Made by a program: the position numbers and the translations under genes. A DNA stretch of 64,000 nt from Candidatus Parcubacteria bacterium (GTDB taxonomy: Bacteria; Patescibacteriota; Minisyncoccia; Phycocordibacterales; PALSA-1337): assembly GCA_039799225.1 (NCBI GenBank), contig JBDLTF010000003.1:6606-70605 (forward strand). Direction: 5' to 3'. Shown in pieces: positions 1-9,199 of the stretch. The notes under the pieces are model-generated. The model was not told the origin of the DNA. It did no database searches and was given only the letters and a program-made list of their open reading frames with translations. Positions within the stretch are counted from its first letter, which is position 1, and every line of letters starts with the position of its first letter.

Positions 1-241
1 ACTGCTGCAGCCATAGCCTTGAGCGCGGCATTCTTGGCTCCATTTATATGGACGGTTCCCTTGAGAGTTTTCTTGCCCGCGAGGCCTTTGATGCGAAATG
101 AGGGTGTTGATTTCTGTGCGAGCGATGTCATGGCGGTATTCTACTGGGTTTGGCATGATTTAACAAATTAAATACGACACATCGTCGCACTATCCGTCAA
201 TCCACCACAAACCCTATAAATACGGTATAAATAAGATACCC

Positions 242-2194
242 ATGAACATCATCACCGTCATTCCCCTCGTACGTGCCAAAGGAGTTGACGAACTCTCGTA
301 CTTCACGGCCTCCACTGTTCCTGTTGGTGCCATCGTCACGGTACCGGTGCGCTCCAAGAATGTCGCTGCACTCGTTGCTGCCACTCGCACCGCATTCGAT
401 ATCAAGGCCGAAATCAAATCCGCTCCGTATGCACTCAAGAAGCTTGATCGAGTCCGAGCCACGGTCTTCTTCCCACCTGCATTCGTACATGCCTGCAAGA
501 AGCTCGCTGACTACTATGCAACGAGCATGGGTTCGATTATCGATGCACTCATATCGGATACTTTGCTCGAAAATGCAAACAAGATCACTGCACCTGCGCG
601 CGAGAAGAAAGCTGGTGCCCAAGGGACCCCTGATGAGACCTATGCTATTCAAGGCGACGATGAAGATCGTATCGGCTCATGGCGCAGTCTCATCAGACAA
701 GAGTTCGCTCGGAAGAGATCAGTCGTCATCTATGTACCTACTATTGAAGATGCCAAGAATGTGACCTCCACGCTGACCAAAGGAATTGAAGGATATATTT
801 TCGCTTTGCACGGCAAGCTCGCAAAGAAACAACTCATTGAAACTTGGGAGAGTATTGCTACTACTGCGCACTCAGTAGTTATCGTGGCAACGGGATCATT
901 CGCAGTCCTCCCGCGTGAAGATATAGACACCGTCATTATCGAACGAGAGAACGGTCGTGGCTGGATAGGTGCCAAACATCCCTATATGGACATGCGTCAC
1001 GCGCTTGAAACTATTGCACGCGCCAGCGGACAGACTGTCTATCGCGCGGATAGCCTCCTCCGTACTGAGACTCTGCATCGTGCAGACAACCATGAGATTG
1101 CACAGGGGTCACCATTCAAGTGGAGATCTGTATCGCTCGCTACTGATGTACTCATAGACATGAAGCGTGAATCCACACCATCTCCATACAATCGAATACA
1201 GCAATCTGAACCTACTGAATCACCTGTGACAGAGCCTGCAAAATTTAGAGTTCTTTCTTCAGAGCTTGATGAACTCATTCGTTACAACCAGAGCGAGAGT
1301 TCACATCTCTTCATCCTTACTATCCGTCGAGGAACCTCACCCATCACTGTCTGTAGTGACTGTGATGCCGTCGTCTCTTGCAGGAATTGTTCGGGACCAG
1401 TCGTACTCCATACTGCGACTGGATCAGGCAAGAACTTCTTCATGTGTCACCGATGCGGCGAACGTAGGAGTGCAGCCGAGACTTGTACGTTTTGTGGAGG
1501 ATGGAGACTTGCCCCGCTCGGCATCGGTATCGATAAGGTATATGAAGATATCAAAGAAAGGTTCCCTTCAATAGATGTATTCAAGATAGACGCAGATAGC
1601 ACCAAGACTGACTCTCAGATCGCAACCACTATGGAAAATTTCCGAGCCAAGCCAGGAAGCATTCTTCTCGGTACTGAGATGGCACTTGTGTATCTCACCG
1701 AAAAAATAGATCATATCGCTGTCGCCTCACTCGACTCACTCTTCGCACTGCCTGATTTCCGTATACACGAGAAGATTATGCACGCACTCATCCGTCTCCG
1801 CGGCTTGGCAAGCAGGTCATTCCTCGTACAAACACGCAAGGCTGATGAAAAAGTATTTGAATACGGACTCAAAGGAAACTTAAGTGACTTCTACCGCTCG
1901 ACACTTGATGATCGTAAACAATTTTCATATCCACCGTATTCAACGCTCATCAAGATCACCATCGAAGGTAAAAAGGATAAGATCGCAGCACAGATGGGTG
2001 AAGTCCAGCGCCTGCTCGAACCACGTGAGATAGATGTCTTCCCCGCATTCACCGCCACTGTGCGCGGCAACTCAATCATTCATGGACTCTTGAAACTTCC
2101 TCAAGGAGGATGGCCGAACACTGACTTACTCTCGAAGTTGAGACAGCTGCCACCTGACGTGAAGGTGAAGATTGATCCTGAGAGTTTGTTGTAA
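242..2194 (+). CDS. priA: Primosomal protein N' (PriA)-like. It has the N-terminal 3'-DNA-binding-like region and a zinc-binding cysteine-rich region, but the helicase ATPase motifs are degenerate.
   Basis: Four CxxC pairs (CSDCDAVVSCRNCSGP...CHRCGERRSAAETCTFCGG) typical of the PriA Cys-rich region. The helicase-like block VVIYVPTIEDAK...LHGKLAKKQ...IVATGSFAVLP...IIERENGRGW resembles PriA motifs Ia-III, but Walker A GxGKT is absent and DExH reads ERENG. Confidence 0.6.
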   Translation: MNIITVIPLVRAKGVDELSYFTASTVPVGAIVTVPVRSKNVAALVAATRTAFDIKAEIKSAPYALKKLDRVRATVFFPPAFVHACKKLADYYATSMGSIIDALISDTLLENANKITAPAREKKAGAQGTPDETYAIQGDDEDRIGSWRSLIRQEFARKRSVVIYVPTIEDAKNVTSTLTKGIEGYIFALHGKLAKKQLIETWESIATTAHSVVIVATGSFAVLPREDIDTVIIERENGRGWIGAKHPYMDMRHALETIARASGQTVYRADSLLRTETLHRADNHEIAQGSPFKWRSVSLATDVLIDMKRESTPSPYNRIQQSEPTESPVTEPAKFRVLSSELDELIRYNQSESSHLFILTIRRGTSPITVCSDCDAVVSCRNCSGPVVLHTATGSGKNFFMCHRCGERRSAAETCTFCGGWRLAPLGIGIDKVYEDIKERFPSIDVFKIDADSTKTDSQIATTMENFRAKPGSILLGTEMALVYLTEKIDHIAVASLDSLFALPDFRIHEKIMHALIRLRGLASRSFLVQTRKADEKVFEYGLKGNLSDFYRSTLDDRKQFSYPPYSTLIKITIEGKKDKIAAQMGEVQRLLEPREIDVFPAFTATVRGNSIIHGLLKLPQGGWPNTDLLSKLRQLPPDVKVKIDPESLL

Positions 2195-2256
2195 GGGTTA
2201 TTCACAATTCCCCATTTGTATTTTGTAATTTCGCTCTTTTTTGCTATAGTCTCACC

Positions 2257-2790
2257 ATGATTCGGGACATACTCCAACGCGAACACCCCACCCTCCGCGG
2301 CACTGCGCAAGACGTGCCTCTTTCTGATATAGGAACAGAGAAAATCAACAGCATCATTGCCGACATGGTCGTCACTATGGCTGAACAGAAGGACGGTGTC
2401 GCCATCGCTGCTCCGCAAATTAATGTCCCTCTTCGTATCTTCGTGGTAGCCGGTGACCTCCTCAAGCAGGCTGACAAAGACTACACTGGTCCTGGAGGTC
2501 CACTTGTCTTCATCAATCCTACAATCCTGAAGCTCTCTCGCGAAAAAAAGGAGATGGAAGAAGGTTGTCTCTCAGTCCGTTGGTTGTACGGCAAAGTGAA
2601 GCGATCCATCAAGGCAACTATCCGCGCATACAATGAGAAGGGTGAAAAGATCGAGCGTGGTGCATCTGGTCTCCTCGCGCAGATATTCCAGCATGAGACA
2701 GATCATCTCAATGGTGTACTCTTCATCGACAACGCCAATGAAGTCTGGGAGATGAGTGACGAGGAAATCAAGGAGCTTCAGAAGAAATAA
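2257..2790 (+). CDS. def: Peptide deformylase
   Basis: All three PDF motifs are present: GVAIAAPQI (motif 1), EGCLSV (motif 2) and HETDHLNG (motif 3). Confidence 0.93.
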   Translation: MIRDILQREHPTLRGTAQDVPLSDIGTEKINSIIADMVVTMAEQKDGVAIAAPQINVPLRIFVVAGDLLKQADKDYTGPGGPLVFINPTILKLSREKKEMEEGCLSVRWLYGKVKRSIKATIRAYNEKGEKIERGASGLLAQIFQHETDHLNGVLFIDNANEVWEMSDEEIKELQKK

Positions 2791-2804
2791 GCCAGACCAT
2801 ACAT

Positions 2805-3650
2805 ATGAATTTCATCTTTTTCGGTTCATCACAATTCTCTATCTACGTGCTCGATGAGCTCACGAAGCTCGGCTTCACTCCGAGCGCAATCGTCACAACT
2901 CCTGACAAGCCTCAAGGACGCAAACTCATCATGACACCAAACGTGGTGAAGACCTGGGCCATAGAACATGGAATACAGGTATATGATCCTGCGAAGATTG
3001 ATACCTCTTTCATAGAAACATTGAGGGGTAAATCTGCGGATGTATTCATCGTTGCTTCATATGGGAAAATCCTTCCGAAAGATCTCATTGAGCTTCCTCC
3101 ACGCAAGACGCTCAATATTCACCCATCTCTCCTACCTCAGTATCGTGGTGCTTCCCCTTTGCAAGCAGCAATCCTGAATGATACAAAAAATACCGGCGTC
3201 TCTATTATGAGAATAGATGAGGAAATGGATCATGGTCCCATTATTGCGCAAAAAGAAATAGCTGTGAATGAGTGGCCGGACTATGAAGCGTTCGAGGAAA
3301 TGATGGCTCGTGAAGGTTCGAAAATTCTCGCTGAAATACTTCCAGACTGGGTTGCAGGAAAGATACAAGAAAAGGAACAAGATCATTCATCAGCTACCTA
3401 TACCAAAAAGAGTAAGAAAGAAGATGGTCTCATCGATCTATCTGCTGATCCATATGTGAACTTACGCAAGATTCAGGCATATCACCAGTGGCCACAAGCA
3501 TATTTCTTTATCCAGAAGGATGGAAAGGATATGCGCGTGAAAATAACCGCTGCCTCATTCTCCGGAGGCAAGCTCACCATAGAAAAAGTCATCCCTGAAG
3601 GGAAAAATGAGATGAGTTACTCTGATTTCCAGAGCGGATTCCAGAAATAG
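2805..3650 (+). CDS. fmt: Methionyl-tRNA formyltransferase
   Basis: N-terminal formyltransferase fold (IFFGSSQFS...VVTTPDKPQGRK) and NIHPSLLPQYRGASPL (SLLP motif). It sits immediately downstream of def, the classic def-fmt pair. Confidence 0.92.
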   Translation: MNFIFFGSSQFSIYVLDELTKLGFTPSAIVTTPDKPQGRKLIMTPNVVKTWAIEHGIQVYDPAKIDTSFIETLRGKSADVFIVASYGKILPKDLIELPPRKTLNIHPSLLPQYRGASPLQAAILNDTKNTGVSIMRIDEEMDHGPIIAQKEIAVNEWPDYEAFEEMMAREGSKILAEILPDWVAGKIQEKEQDHSSATYTKKSKKEDGLIDLSADPYVNLRKIQAYHQWPQAYFFIQKDGKDMRVKITAASFSGGKLTIEKVIPEGKNEMSYSDFQSGFQK

Positions 3651-3849
3651 AGAGGGTCTACTAATCCTGCAACTCCTGTTGAGTGCCGTAAGCTGCACTT
3701 ACCTTGTCGACACTCTGATTGACGTAGTACACGATTGTCCAGAGACACCATGAAGCGAGGAAAATACCCACAAGCGTGGAATTTATCGGCTGGCGTGCTG
3801 ACCTCGTACTGAAGAACGATGATGAATTCATGTGATGTAGTCGCTTATT

Positions 3850-4218
3850 TTATTTCCACGGCCAGAGACCCTTCATCATATTCTTGACTGCTGCACCTCC
3901 CCTGCGGATGCGTGATGTATTCTTCTCACGGCTTGATTTCAATTCGCGGAGCACTCCGTCGCGCATCTCGTCGATAGCAATATAGAGGTCTTCTTTCTCG
4001 CAAGATTTGTAGAGATTGAGACCTGCTCCGACAATGTGAATTTCAGCCTTGAAAATGTCTCCTTTGTTGTGGTGCGCAGTGGTGCGAGCGAGCTCGATGT
4101 CACATTGTACGGAAGTGTCGTCACCAATAAGCATTCCGACCTTCTCAAGCCTCTTCGAGACATATTCGGAAATCGCGTCAGTGAGCGAGATATTGGTAGT
4201 CTTGATATTTGTATTCAT
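3850..4218 (-). CDS. hpf: Ribosome hibernation promoting factor / ribosome-associated inhibitor (short HPF/RaiA form)
   Basis: The 122-aa protein matches the HPF/YfiA fold pattern (N-terminal MN.NI.G.N..LTDA..EYV.KRLEK, then ...KAEI.I...G....). Confidence 0.8.
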   Translation of the reverse strand: MNTNIKTTNISLTDAISEYVSKRLEKVGMLIGDDTSVQCDIELARTTAHHNKGDIFKAEIHIVGAGLNLYKSCEKEDLYIAIDEMRDGVLRELKSSREKNTSRIRRGGAAVKNMMKGLWPWK

Positions 4219-4347
4219 GGGATATTTCGTTAATCTTGTAATTCTGTCAGCTACCTATACGTCCTTATTATATCAGCTCTGCACGCCAAGGGAAACGGGG
4301 GTTTTGATTTCGAGTGGCTCATGTGGTACATTATCCCCACACCACAT

Positions 4348-4423
4348 TCCGCGGTAGCTCAGCCGGTAGAGCGCCTCGCTGTTAACGAGGATGTCCCAGG
4401 TTCGATCCCTGGCCGCGGAGCCA
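4348..4423 (+). tRNA. tRNA-Asn (anticodon GTT), CCA encoded
   Basis: Hand-folded cloverleaf. Acceptor TCCGCGG/CCGCGGA, D-arm GCTC-AGCCGGTA-GAGC, anticodon stem CCTCG/CGAGG with loop CTGTTAA, T-arm CCAGG-TTCGATC-CCTGG, then discriminator G and CCA. Confidence 0.85.
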
Positions 4424-4426
4424 ACG

Positions 4427-4455
4427 AAAAAAGTCGCATAACATGCGGCTTTTTT
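4427..4455 (+). terminator. Rho-independent terminator after tRNA-Asn
   Basis: Hairpin aagtcgcat-aac-atgcggctt followed by TTTTTT. Confidence 0.6.
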
Positions 4456-4629
4456 CATTGGCGAAGCGAGTAGAGCGCCTGCGCGCTTTACGAGTCAGGG
4501 AGCGAAAAGGCTGAGCATGTCGCACGCAGCGAAGCGAGTACGACGCGAAGCCTATACCGGTCCCGTAGGGAAAGATCCCTGTCTCGCGTAACACCTTGCC
4601 CCACTTACCCCATCTGATACAATTATTAT

Positions 4630-5058
4630 ATGACAACAATAAACCCTTGGATCAACTTTAACGGCAACGCCGAAGAAGCACTCACCTTTTACAAATCAGT
4701 ACTTGGTGGAGAGTTTACGAAGATTATACGTTTCAAAGATCTCGCAAGTGCAGACTTTCAGGTATCAGACGCAGAGGCAGATAAAATCATGTATATCTCA
4801 CTCTCAATTGGTAAGAACAACGTATTGGTAGCAAATGATGTTCCTTCATTTATGGGCAAAGTGAGTGAAAATGAAAATCGAAGTAAGATTTCAGTCAGTG
4901 CAGAGAGCAAAGAGGAAGCAGAGACTATATTGAATGGTCTCTCAGTAGGGGGACAGGTAGAAATGCCATTCGGCGAGAGTGCATGGGGTACTTATTTCAC
5001 TATGTTTAGGGATAAATATGGCATTGAATGGACGATAGAATATTCAGCTGTTAAATAA
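4630..5058 (+). CDS. VOC-superfamily protein, PhnB-like (3-demethylubiquinone-9 3-methyltransferase-like domain family)
   Basis: The N-terminus MTTINPWINFNGNAEEALTFYKSVLGG is the typical opening of PhnB-like glyoxalase-fold proteins. Confidence 0.6.
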   Translation: MTTINPWINFNGNAEEALTFYKSVLGGEFTKIIRFKDLASADFQVSDAEADKIMYISLSIGKNNVLVANDVPSFMGKVSENENRSKISVSAESKEEAETILNGLSVGGQVEMPFGESAWGTYFTMFRDKYGIEWTIEYSAVK

Positions 5059-5063
5059 TATAT

Positions 5064-5282
5064 ATGAGCAAAACATTTACCTGTAAAGAGCTTGGTGGAA
5101 TATGCGAGGAGAATTTCTCCGGCACTACTCTCATGGAAATAGTGCAGAAAGGAATGCAGCACATGCAGTCTGATGAAGCACATATGAAAAAGATTGGTGA
5201 TCTATCAAATACTACTGGCGAGACGAAAGAACAATGGTTTGAACGAATGCAGAAAGAGTTTGACACTAAAGCCGAGAATTAA
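5064..5282 (+). CDS. DUF1059-like small protein
   Basis: 72 aa starting MSKTFTCKELGGICEE, the signature opening of DUF1059 proteins. Confidence 0.5.
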   Translation: MSKTFTCKELGGICEENFSGTTLMEIVQKGMQHMQSDEAHMKKIGDLSNTTGETKEQWFERMQKEFDTKAEN

Positions 5283-5285
5283 ACT

Positions 5286-5543
5286 ATGGCTGTTCCAAAG
5301 AAAAAGGCAGAGGTCATTCGTGGCTTTACCATCAAGTACCATGCAAATGGCAAGACAGTGTGGTCAAAAGGAAAAATAAAAGGTGGAAAGCCGAATGGAT
5401 ACTGGGAATGGTATCGATTGAATGGAACACTCAAACGTTCTGGTAACTTTAAAAATGGAGAGGTTGTAGGCGAATGGATCACTTACGATTCCAAGGGAAA
5501 GGTCTACAAAGTCACGAAAAAGAAAACTGTTGGTTTAAAGTAG
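5286..5543 (+). CDS. Small lysine-rich protein with MORN-variant-like repeats (YwqK-like)
   Basis: Repeated G.K.G.W..Y..NG.L...G..KNGE..GEW units. It is tightly packed between its neighbours with 3-5 nt gaps. Confidence 0.4.
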   Translation: MAVPKKKAEVIRGFTIKYHANGKTVWSKGKIKGGKPNGYWEWYRLNGTLKRSGNFKNGEVVGEWITYDSKGKVYKVTKKKTVGLK

Positions 5544-5547
5544 CATT

Positions 5548-5880
5548 ATGGCAACAAAACAATCTACTATTGATTACCTATTGGATCAGATGTCCGCGGC
5601 TGGCAATATCTCTGCACGCAAGATGTTTGGTGAATATGCTCTGTATTGTGATGGGAAGGTGGTAGCTCTTGTATGTGACGATACCCTCTATGTGAAAATT
5701 ACTGAGCAAGGAAAAGTATTCGTTGACTCTTCATACAAAGAAGGCTGTGCGTACAAGGGAGCAAAACCTTCAATAATGATTGATGAAGAAAAAATCGAGG
5801 ATAGAGAATGGATTACTGAACTTATCCGTATAACCGCTGAAAGTTTACCTCTCCCAAAGCCGAAGAAAAGAAAGAAGTAA
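5548..5880 (+). CDS. TfoX N-terminal domain protein
   Basis: ARKMFGEYALYCDGKVVALVCDDTLYVK matches the TfoX_N core (MFGe.alyv.Gk.fa.v.d..Ly.K). Confidence 0.55.
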   Translation: MATKQSTIDYLLDQMSAAGNISARKMFGEYALYCDGKVVALVCDDTLYVKITEQGKVFVDSSYKEGCAYKGAKPSIMIDEEKIEDREWITELIRITAESLPLPKPKKRKK

Positions 5881-5894
5881 TTTGACCCTACCTC

Positions 5895-6395
5895 CTAGTT
5901 AGACTTTGTATCCACCACATTCTGCAAAATCTGTTCAAACATTGCGGATGCGGCAATAACCACGACTGAACCAAAAGTAATAAGGACACCCATGAAGATT
6001 CCACCCGCAGCATCATCGTTGCCGTGGTTCAACATGATGAAGATTTCTTCTACTAGAACAAAACCAATGATAGTTAGTGCGCAATACTTTATTGTTCGCA
6101 GAGCTTTTACCGCCATTTGAGAGAATACCTTATCCTGCCTGACATATCCCAAGACCTTGAACGCCTGATACACCGCTATGAAAAAAGGAATGGAACCAGC
6201 ATAGACAAGCACCAAGAAAGGATCCTTGAAATAAATCTCAAAGAGCGTGGCATTTATATTCCTGCCCTCAAGCTGAGGTTCCCAAAGCAAAAGAACGAGA
6301 GCTCCAATACCAATGAGTACCGTAACTATTTGAAGAAATATTGTTGAGCTTTTTTTCATAAGTGATTTTGGTGAATTATATTTACAGGTTCCCAC
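5895..6395 (-). CDS. DUF2975-like multi-pass membrane protein
   Basis: Four predicted TM helices in a DUF2975-like arrangement. No other motif recognised. Confidence 0.4.
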   Translation of the reverse strand: MGTCKYNSPKSLMKKSSTIFLQIVTVLIGIGALVLLLWEPQLEGRNINATLFEIYFKDPFLVLVYAGSIPFFIAVYQAFKVLGYVRQDKVFSQMAVKALRTIKYCALTIIGFVLVEEIFIMLNHGNDDAAGGIFMGVLITFGSVVVIAASAMFEQILQNVVDTKSN

Positions 6396-8390
6396 TTACT
6401 GCGTATCGGTCGGAGAACTCGTCTTTTGCAACATCTTCTCACGAGTAACCATTCCGAAATATCCATCTGCAGGCACTATATTATTATCTCTTTGGAATGC
6501 TGAAACTGCTGTGTGGGTTAATGGTCCGAAATAGCCTGTAATAGAATCATTCTGCAAGTAACCAAGCTGGACAAGTGCAATCTGGAGAACCTTCACATTC
6601 TCGCCACGTGAACCAAGCTTCATATCTGATCGAGTTTGGTTTGTCTCAGCTATGTTCTGGACAAGTGTCATTTTCTGGGAAGCGGCGCGTACATCTGCAT
6701 CAACCTTCCCTGTTGCGGGGATATTATTCGCTTTCTGGAAACGGATGAGTGCAGCTTCGGTAAGAGGTCCAAAATAGCCCGTCACAAGTCCTTCGGGATA
6801 AATCTCTGGATCTGTTGCGAGTAATTTCTGTAGATATTCCACAATGACTCCTCTCGATCCTTTTCCGAAATCGTTTGTACTGAGGATACTCACCTTCCCT
6901 GCGCCAATACGAGTGACTGAGTAGGTCTTCTTGTCTTCAATTGGGGTCACCGAGAGTCGGACGGGTTCTACTGATACACCAACTTGTTCAGATGCGAATA
7001 TCGAGTAGTAATATGTCTTGTTGTTGGTAAGATTGTTGTCGCTAAATATCCTGCCTGAACCATCGTATATGAGTTCACCATCTTCAAGGGTAGACGGGTA
7101 TTTGGTTTCGCTTCGGACAATTTTCGCTTTTGAGAGATTTTTGTCAGTAGAGTTGGGATTCCACGTTAATATAATCGAGTGGTCGAGCCCATACGCGGTC
7201 ACATTTTCGACCTTTCTAGAGGATCCTGTGCTTGAATTTGTATTCAAAGACGATGTTTCTCTATGACCTATTTGATTATTACTTTGATCTAATTTCTTAT
7301 CCTCATTTGGCTTCGAGGTTGGAGGAATCTCCTCGACTACGGGAGGCTTCGTCGAAGGACCACCTCCACCTGCATTATCTTCTAGAGTTTCGAATAGGAA
7401 ATCATCTGACGTCACAAGGATTCCATTCGCATCGCGCGAGCGTACACGCGCATGATATGCAGTATTTGGAGCAAGACTATGAATTGAAATATCGTGCGCT
7501 GTGACGAACGCCCCTACGAGTGACGTCGTCTCTCCATATCCTATATCGGCACCATATTCGACCTGACTATCGGCTGGAATAGTGGTATTCCATGATATGT
7601 GCACTGACGTCTTGCTCTCATCATACACAGTTATCGCAGAAATCACGGGACCAACAACAGGAGGTATGGTTGAGGATCCACTCTCAGTACTCGTCACAAA
7701 AGAAACATCTACAGGCTTGCTCACATTATCTGAGTCATCGCTTGAATGGATACGTACATAATATGTCGTCCCCGAAGAAAGTCCTGAGAGTTTGACTGAG
7801 TGCTGAGCGTCGAGAGTTTCGGTCGGGATAGTCTTCGATCCATGTTCCTTGGTTATTCCGTATTCCACATATCCAGTCGCAGCCTCGTCTGTCAGCCATA
7901 CAACAGTAGCTGATGTATCAGAAATATCAGAGACAGCAGCATCAGATATCACTGGAGCTATTTGATCATGTGACACTTCGAGCTGAGTAGTGAACGATTG
8001 ATCGCACATCTCTGCTCTATTATGAGATTCATCCCACGATTCTACGCAGAAACTATATGCGATACCTCCCTCAAGACCAGTAATGTTGATTGAGTGCATC
8101 TCAGTCATTTTTTCATCATCCACGCGCTGATTTTTCTTCGGAGCTACTCCATAACGAACAATTGAACTGCTCGGCTCATCAGTCTCCCACGATATTACTG
8201 CGGTGTTCGCTGAACTAGCATCCACTGATATGTTCGATATTTCTGGCGGAGTTTTATCTATTTTAGAGAGATTTACTGTAGGCGATACTCCAGAATCTGA
8301 CACATCTTGCGAATACACAGATGCTGAACTTACAAAAAACCCGAGACTGATTAAACCAAGAATAATCAATGGTTTTGAAAAATATTTCAT
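6396..8390 (-). CDS. Secreted surface protein with fibronectin-III/PAP-N-like repeats and two C-terminal peptidoglycan-binding (PG_binding_1) domains
   Basis: N-terminal signal peptide, then three repeats of the form ...W.TDE...VEYG. A Gly/Pro/Ser-rich linker leads to two PG_binding_1 domains (LQKLLATDPEIYPEGLVTGYFGPLTEAALIRFQ and VKVLQIALVQLGYLQNDSITGYFGPLTHTAVSAFQ). Confidence 0.7.
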   Translation of the reverse strand: MKYFSKPLIILGLISLGFFVSSASVYSQDVSDSGVSPTVNLSKIDKTPPEISNISVDASSANTAVISWETDEPSSSIVRYGVAPKKNQRVDDEKMTEMHSINITGLEGGIAYSFCVESWDESHNRAEMCDQSFTTQLEVSHDQIAPVISDAAVSDISDTSATVVWLTDEAATGYVEYGITKEHGSKTIPTETLDAQHSVKLSGLSSGTTYYVRIHSSDDSDNVSKPVDVSFVTSTESGSSTIPPVVGPVISAITVYDESKTSVHISWNTTIPADSQVEYGADIGYGETTSLVGAFVTAHDISIHSLAPNTAYHARVRSRDANGILVTSDDFLFETLEDNAGGGGPSTKPPVVEEIPPTSKPNEDKKLDQSNNQIGHRETSSLNTNSSTGSSRKVENVTAYGLDHSIILTWNPNSTDKNLSKAKIVRSETKYPSTLEDGELIYDGSGRIFSDNNLTNNKTYYYSIFASEQVGVSVEPVRLSVTPIEDKKTYSVTRIGAGKVSILSTNDFGKGSRGVIVEYLQKLLATDPEIYPEGLVTGYFGPLTEAALIRFQKANNIPATGKVDADVRAASQKMTLVQNIAETNQTRSDMKLGSRGENVKVLQIALVQLGYLQNDSITGYFGPLTHTAVSAFQRDNNIVPADGYFGMVTREKMLQKTSSPTDTQ

Positions 8391-8519
8391 GGGTAAATAG
8401 CTAGTTTATTACACAATATATTATACCACAGGCTCTATATGGTTCCTCGGTGAGGTTATACTCCAACGAAACAGCGGACCATTGAGGTCCGCTGTTTCTA
8501 ATTCAGTAGTGACGATTGC

Positions 8520-8888
8520 CTACCCATTCTCGCGAGTGAGGAGCGCCATCCACCCCTTGGATGTGAACACTTCACTGATGCGAGCCCTCGTCATCGGACC
8601 ATAGTATCCCGTAGATGGGACGCCGATCGATGCTTGATAACGAGAGAGTGCTGACTGGGTCAGTGAACCGAAGTAGCCGAATGGGACTCCTATCGGAACC
8701 TGAAGATACCCCTGCTCAGAGAGCAGTCCTTGGAGATCGGTGACATCAGTACCTCTAGATCCGACAGACAAATCTCTGCCGGAAAGTGTACTTATGGCCG
8801 AAGCAGATGCCATGTGCGCGGTGGCGAGAATACCAGCTATGAGGAAGCCCGCCAGAATCAGACTCTTTCTATGATTGATATAGTTCAT
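8520..8888 (-). CDS. Small membrane-anchored peptidoglycan-binding domain protein
   Basis: TM/signal segment followed by a PG_binding_1 motif (GSRGTDVTDLQGLLSEQGYLQ...FGYFGSLTQSALSRYQ...TGYYGPMT). The start is assigned to the internal Met preceding the hydrophobic segment. Confidence 0.6.
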   Translation of the reverse strand: MNYINHRKSLILAGFLIAGILATAHMASASAISTLSGRDLSVGSRGTDVTDLQGLLSEQGYLQVPIGVPFGYFGSLTQSALSRYQASIGVPSTGYYGPMTRARISEVFTSKGWMALLTRENG

Positions 8889-9017
8889 AAGAATAGAATG
8901 ATTAGGTGATAATTCTCCCAGCGCGCGGAGTCGACGAGATTCCGCCGGAGGAAGCGGCTCAGATGAGCCTCTACCTAGTTCCGACGAATACACAGGCTAT
9001 TTCTTACCGTCAAAGAA

Positions 9018-9167
9018 CTAGACTATCTTTTCTCCTTTAATGAGTCGTATCAGGACCATAATGATCGCGATGACGAAAAGTATATGGATAAAGCCGCCAA
9101 TGGTATACGATGTAGCCACACCAAGAAGCCACAGTGCTATGAGAATTATTGCGATTATACTCAACAT
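9018..9167 (-). CDS. lmo0937-family small membrane protein (49 aa)
   Basis: Hand translation of the minus strand gives MLSIIAIILIALWLLGVATSYTIGGFIHILFVIAILMVLIRLIKGEKIV. The W-LLG...Y..GGFIH.L.V.A motif is diagnostic of this widespread family. The ORF is below the 60-aa cutoff of the supplied track. Confidence 0.7.
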   Translation of the reverse strand: MLSIIAIILIALWLLGVATSYTIGGFIHILFVIAIIMVLIRLIKGEKIV

Positions 9168-9199
9168 AATGGATATAGTATTAGATGAACACTGCTAAT

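Noticed and set aside
273-1574. Multiple 60-160-aa ORFs overlapping priA on both strands (for example 273..764+, 730..975-, 1266..1574+)
   Set aside because: They lie entirely within or antisense to a long gene with clear homology and have Arg/Ser-rich, low-complexity translations typical of off-frame artefacts.
4273-4639. Minus-strand ORFs 4273..4458 and 4382..4639
   Set aside because: They overlap the tRNA-Asn gene and its terminator. They have no motif and are most likely spurious.
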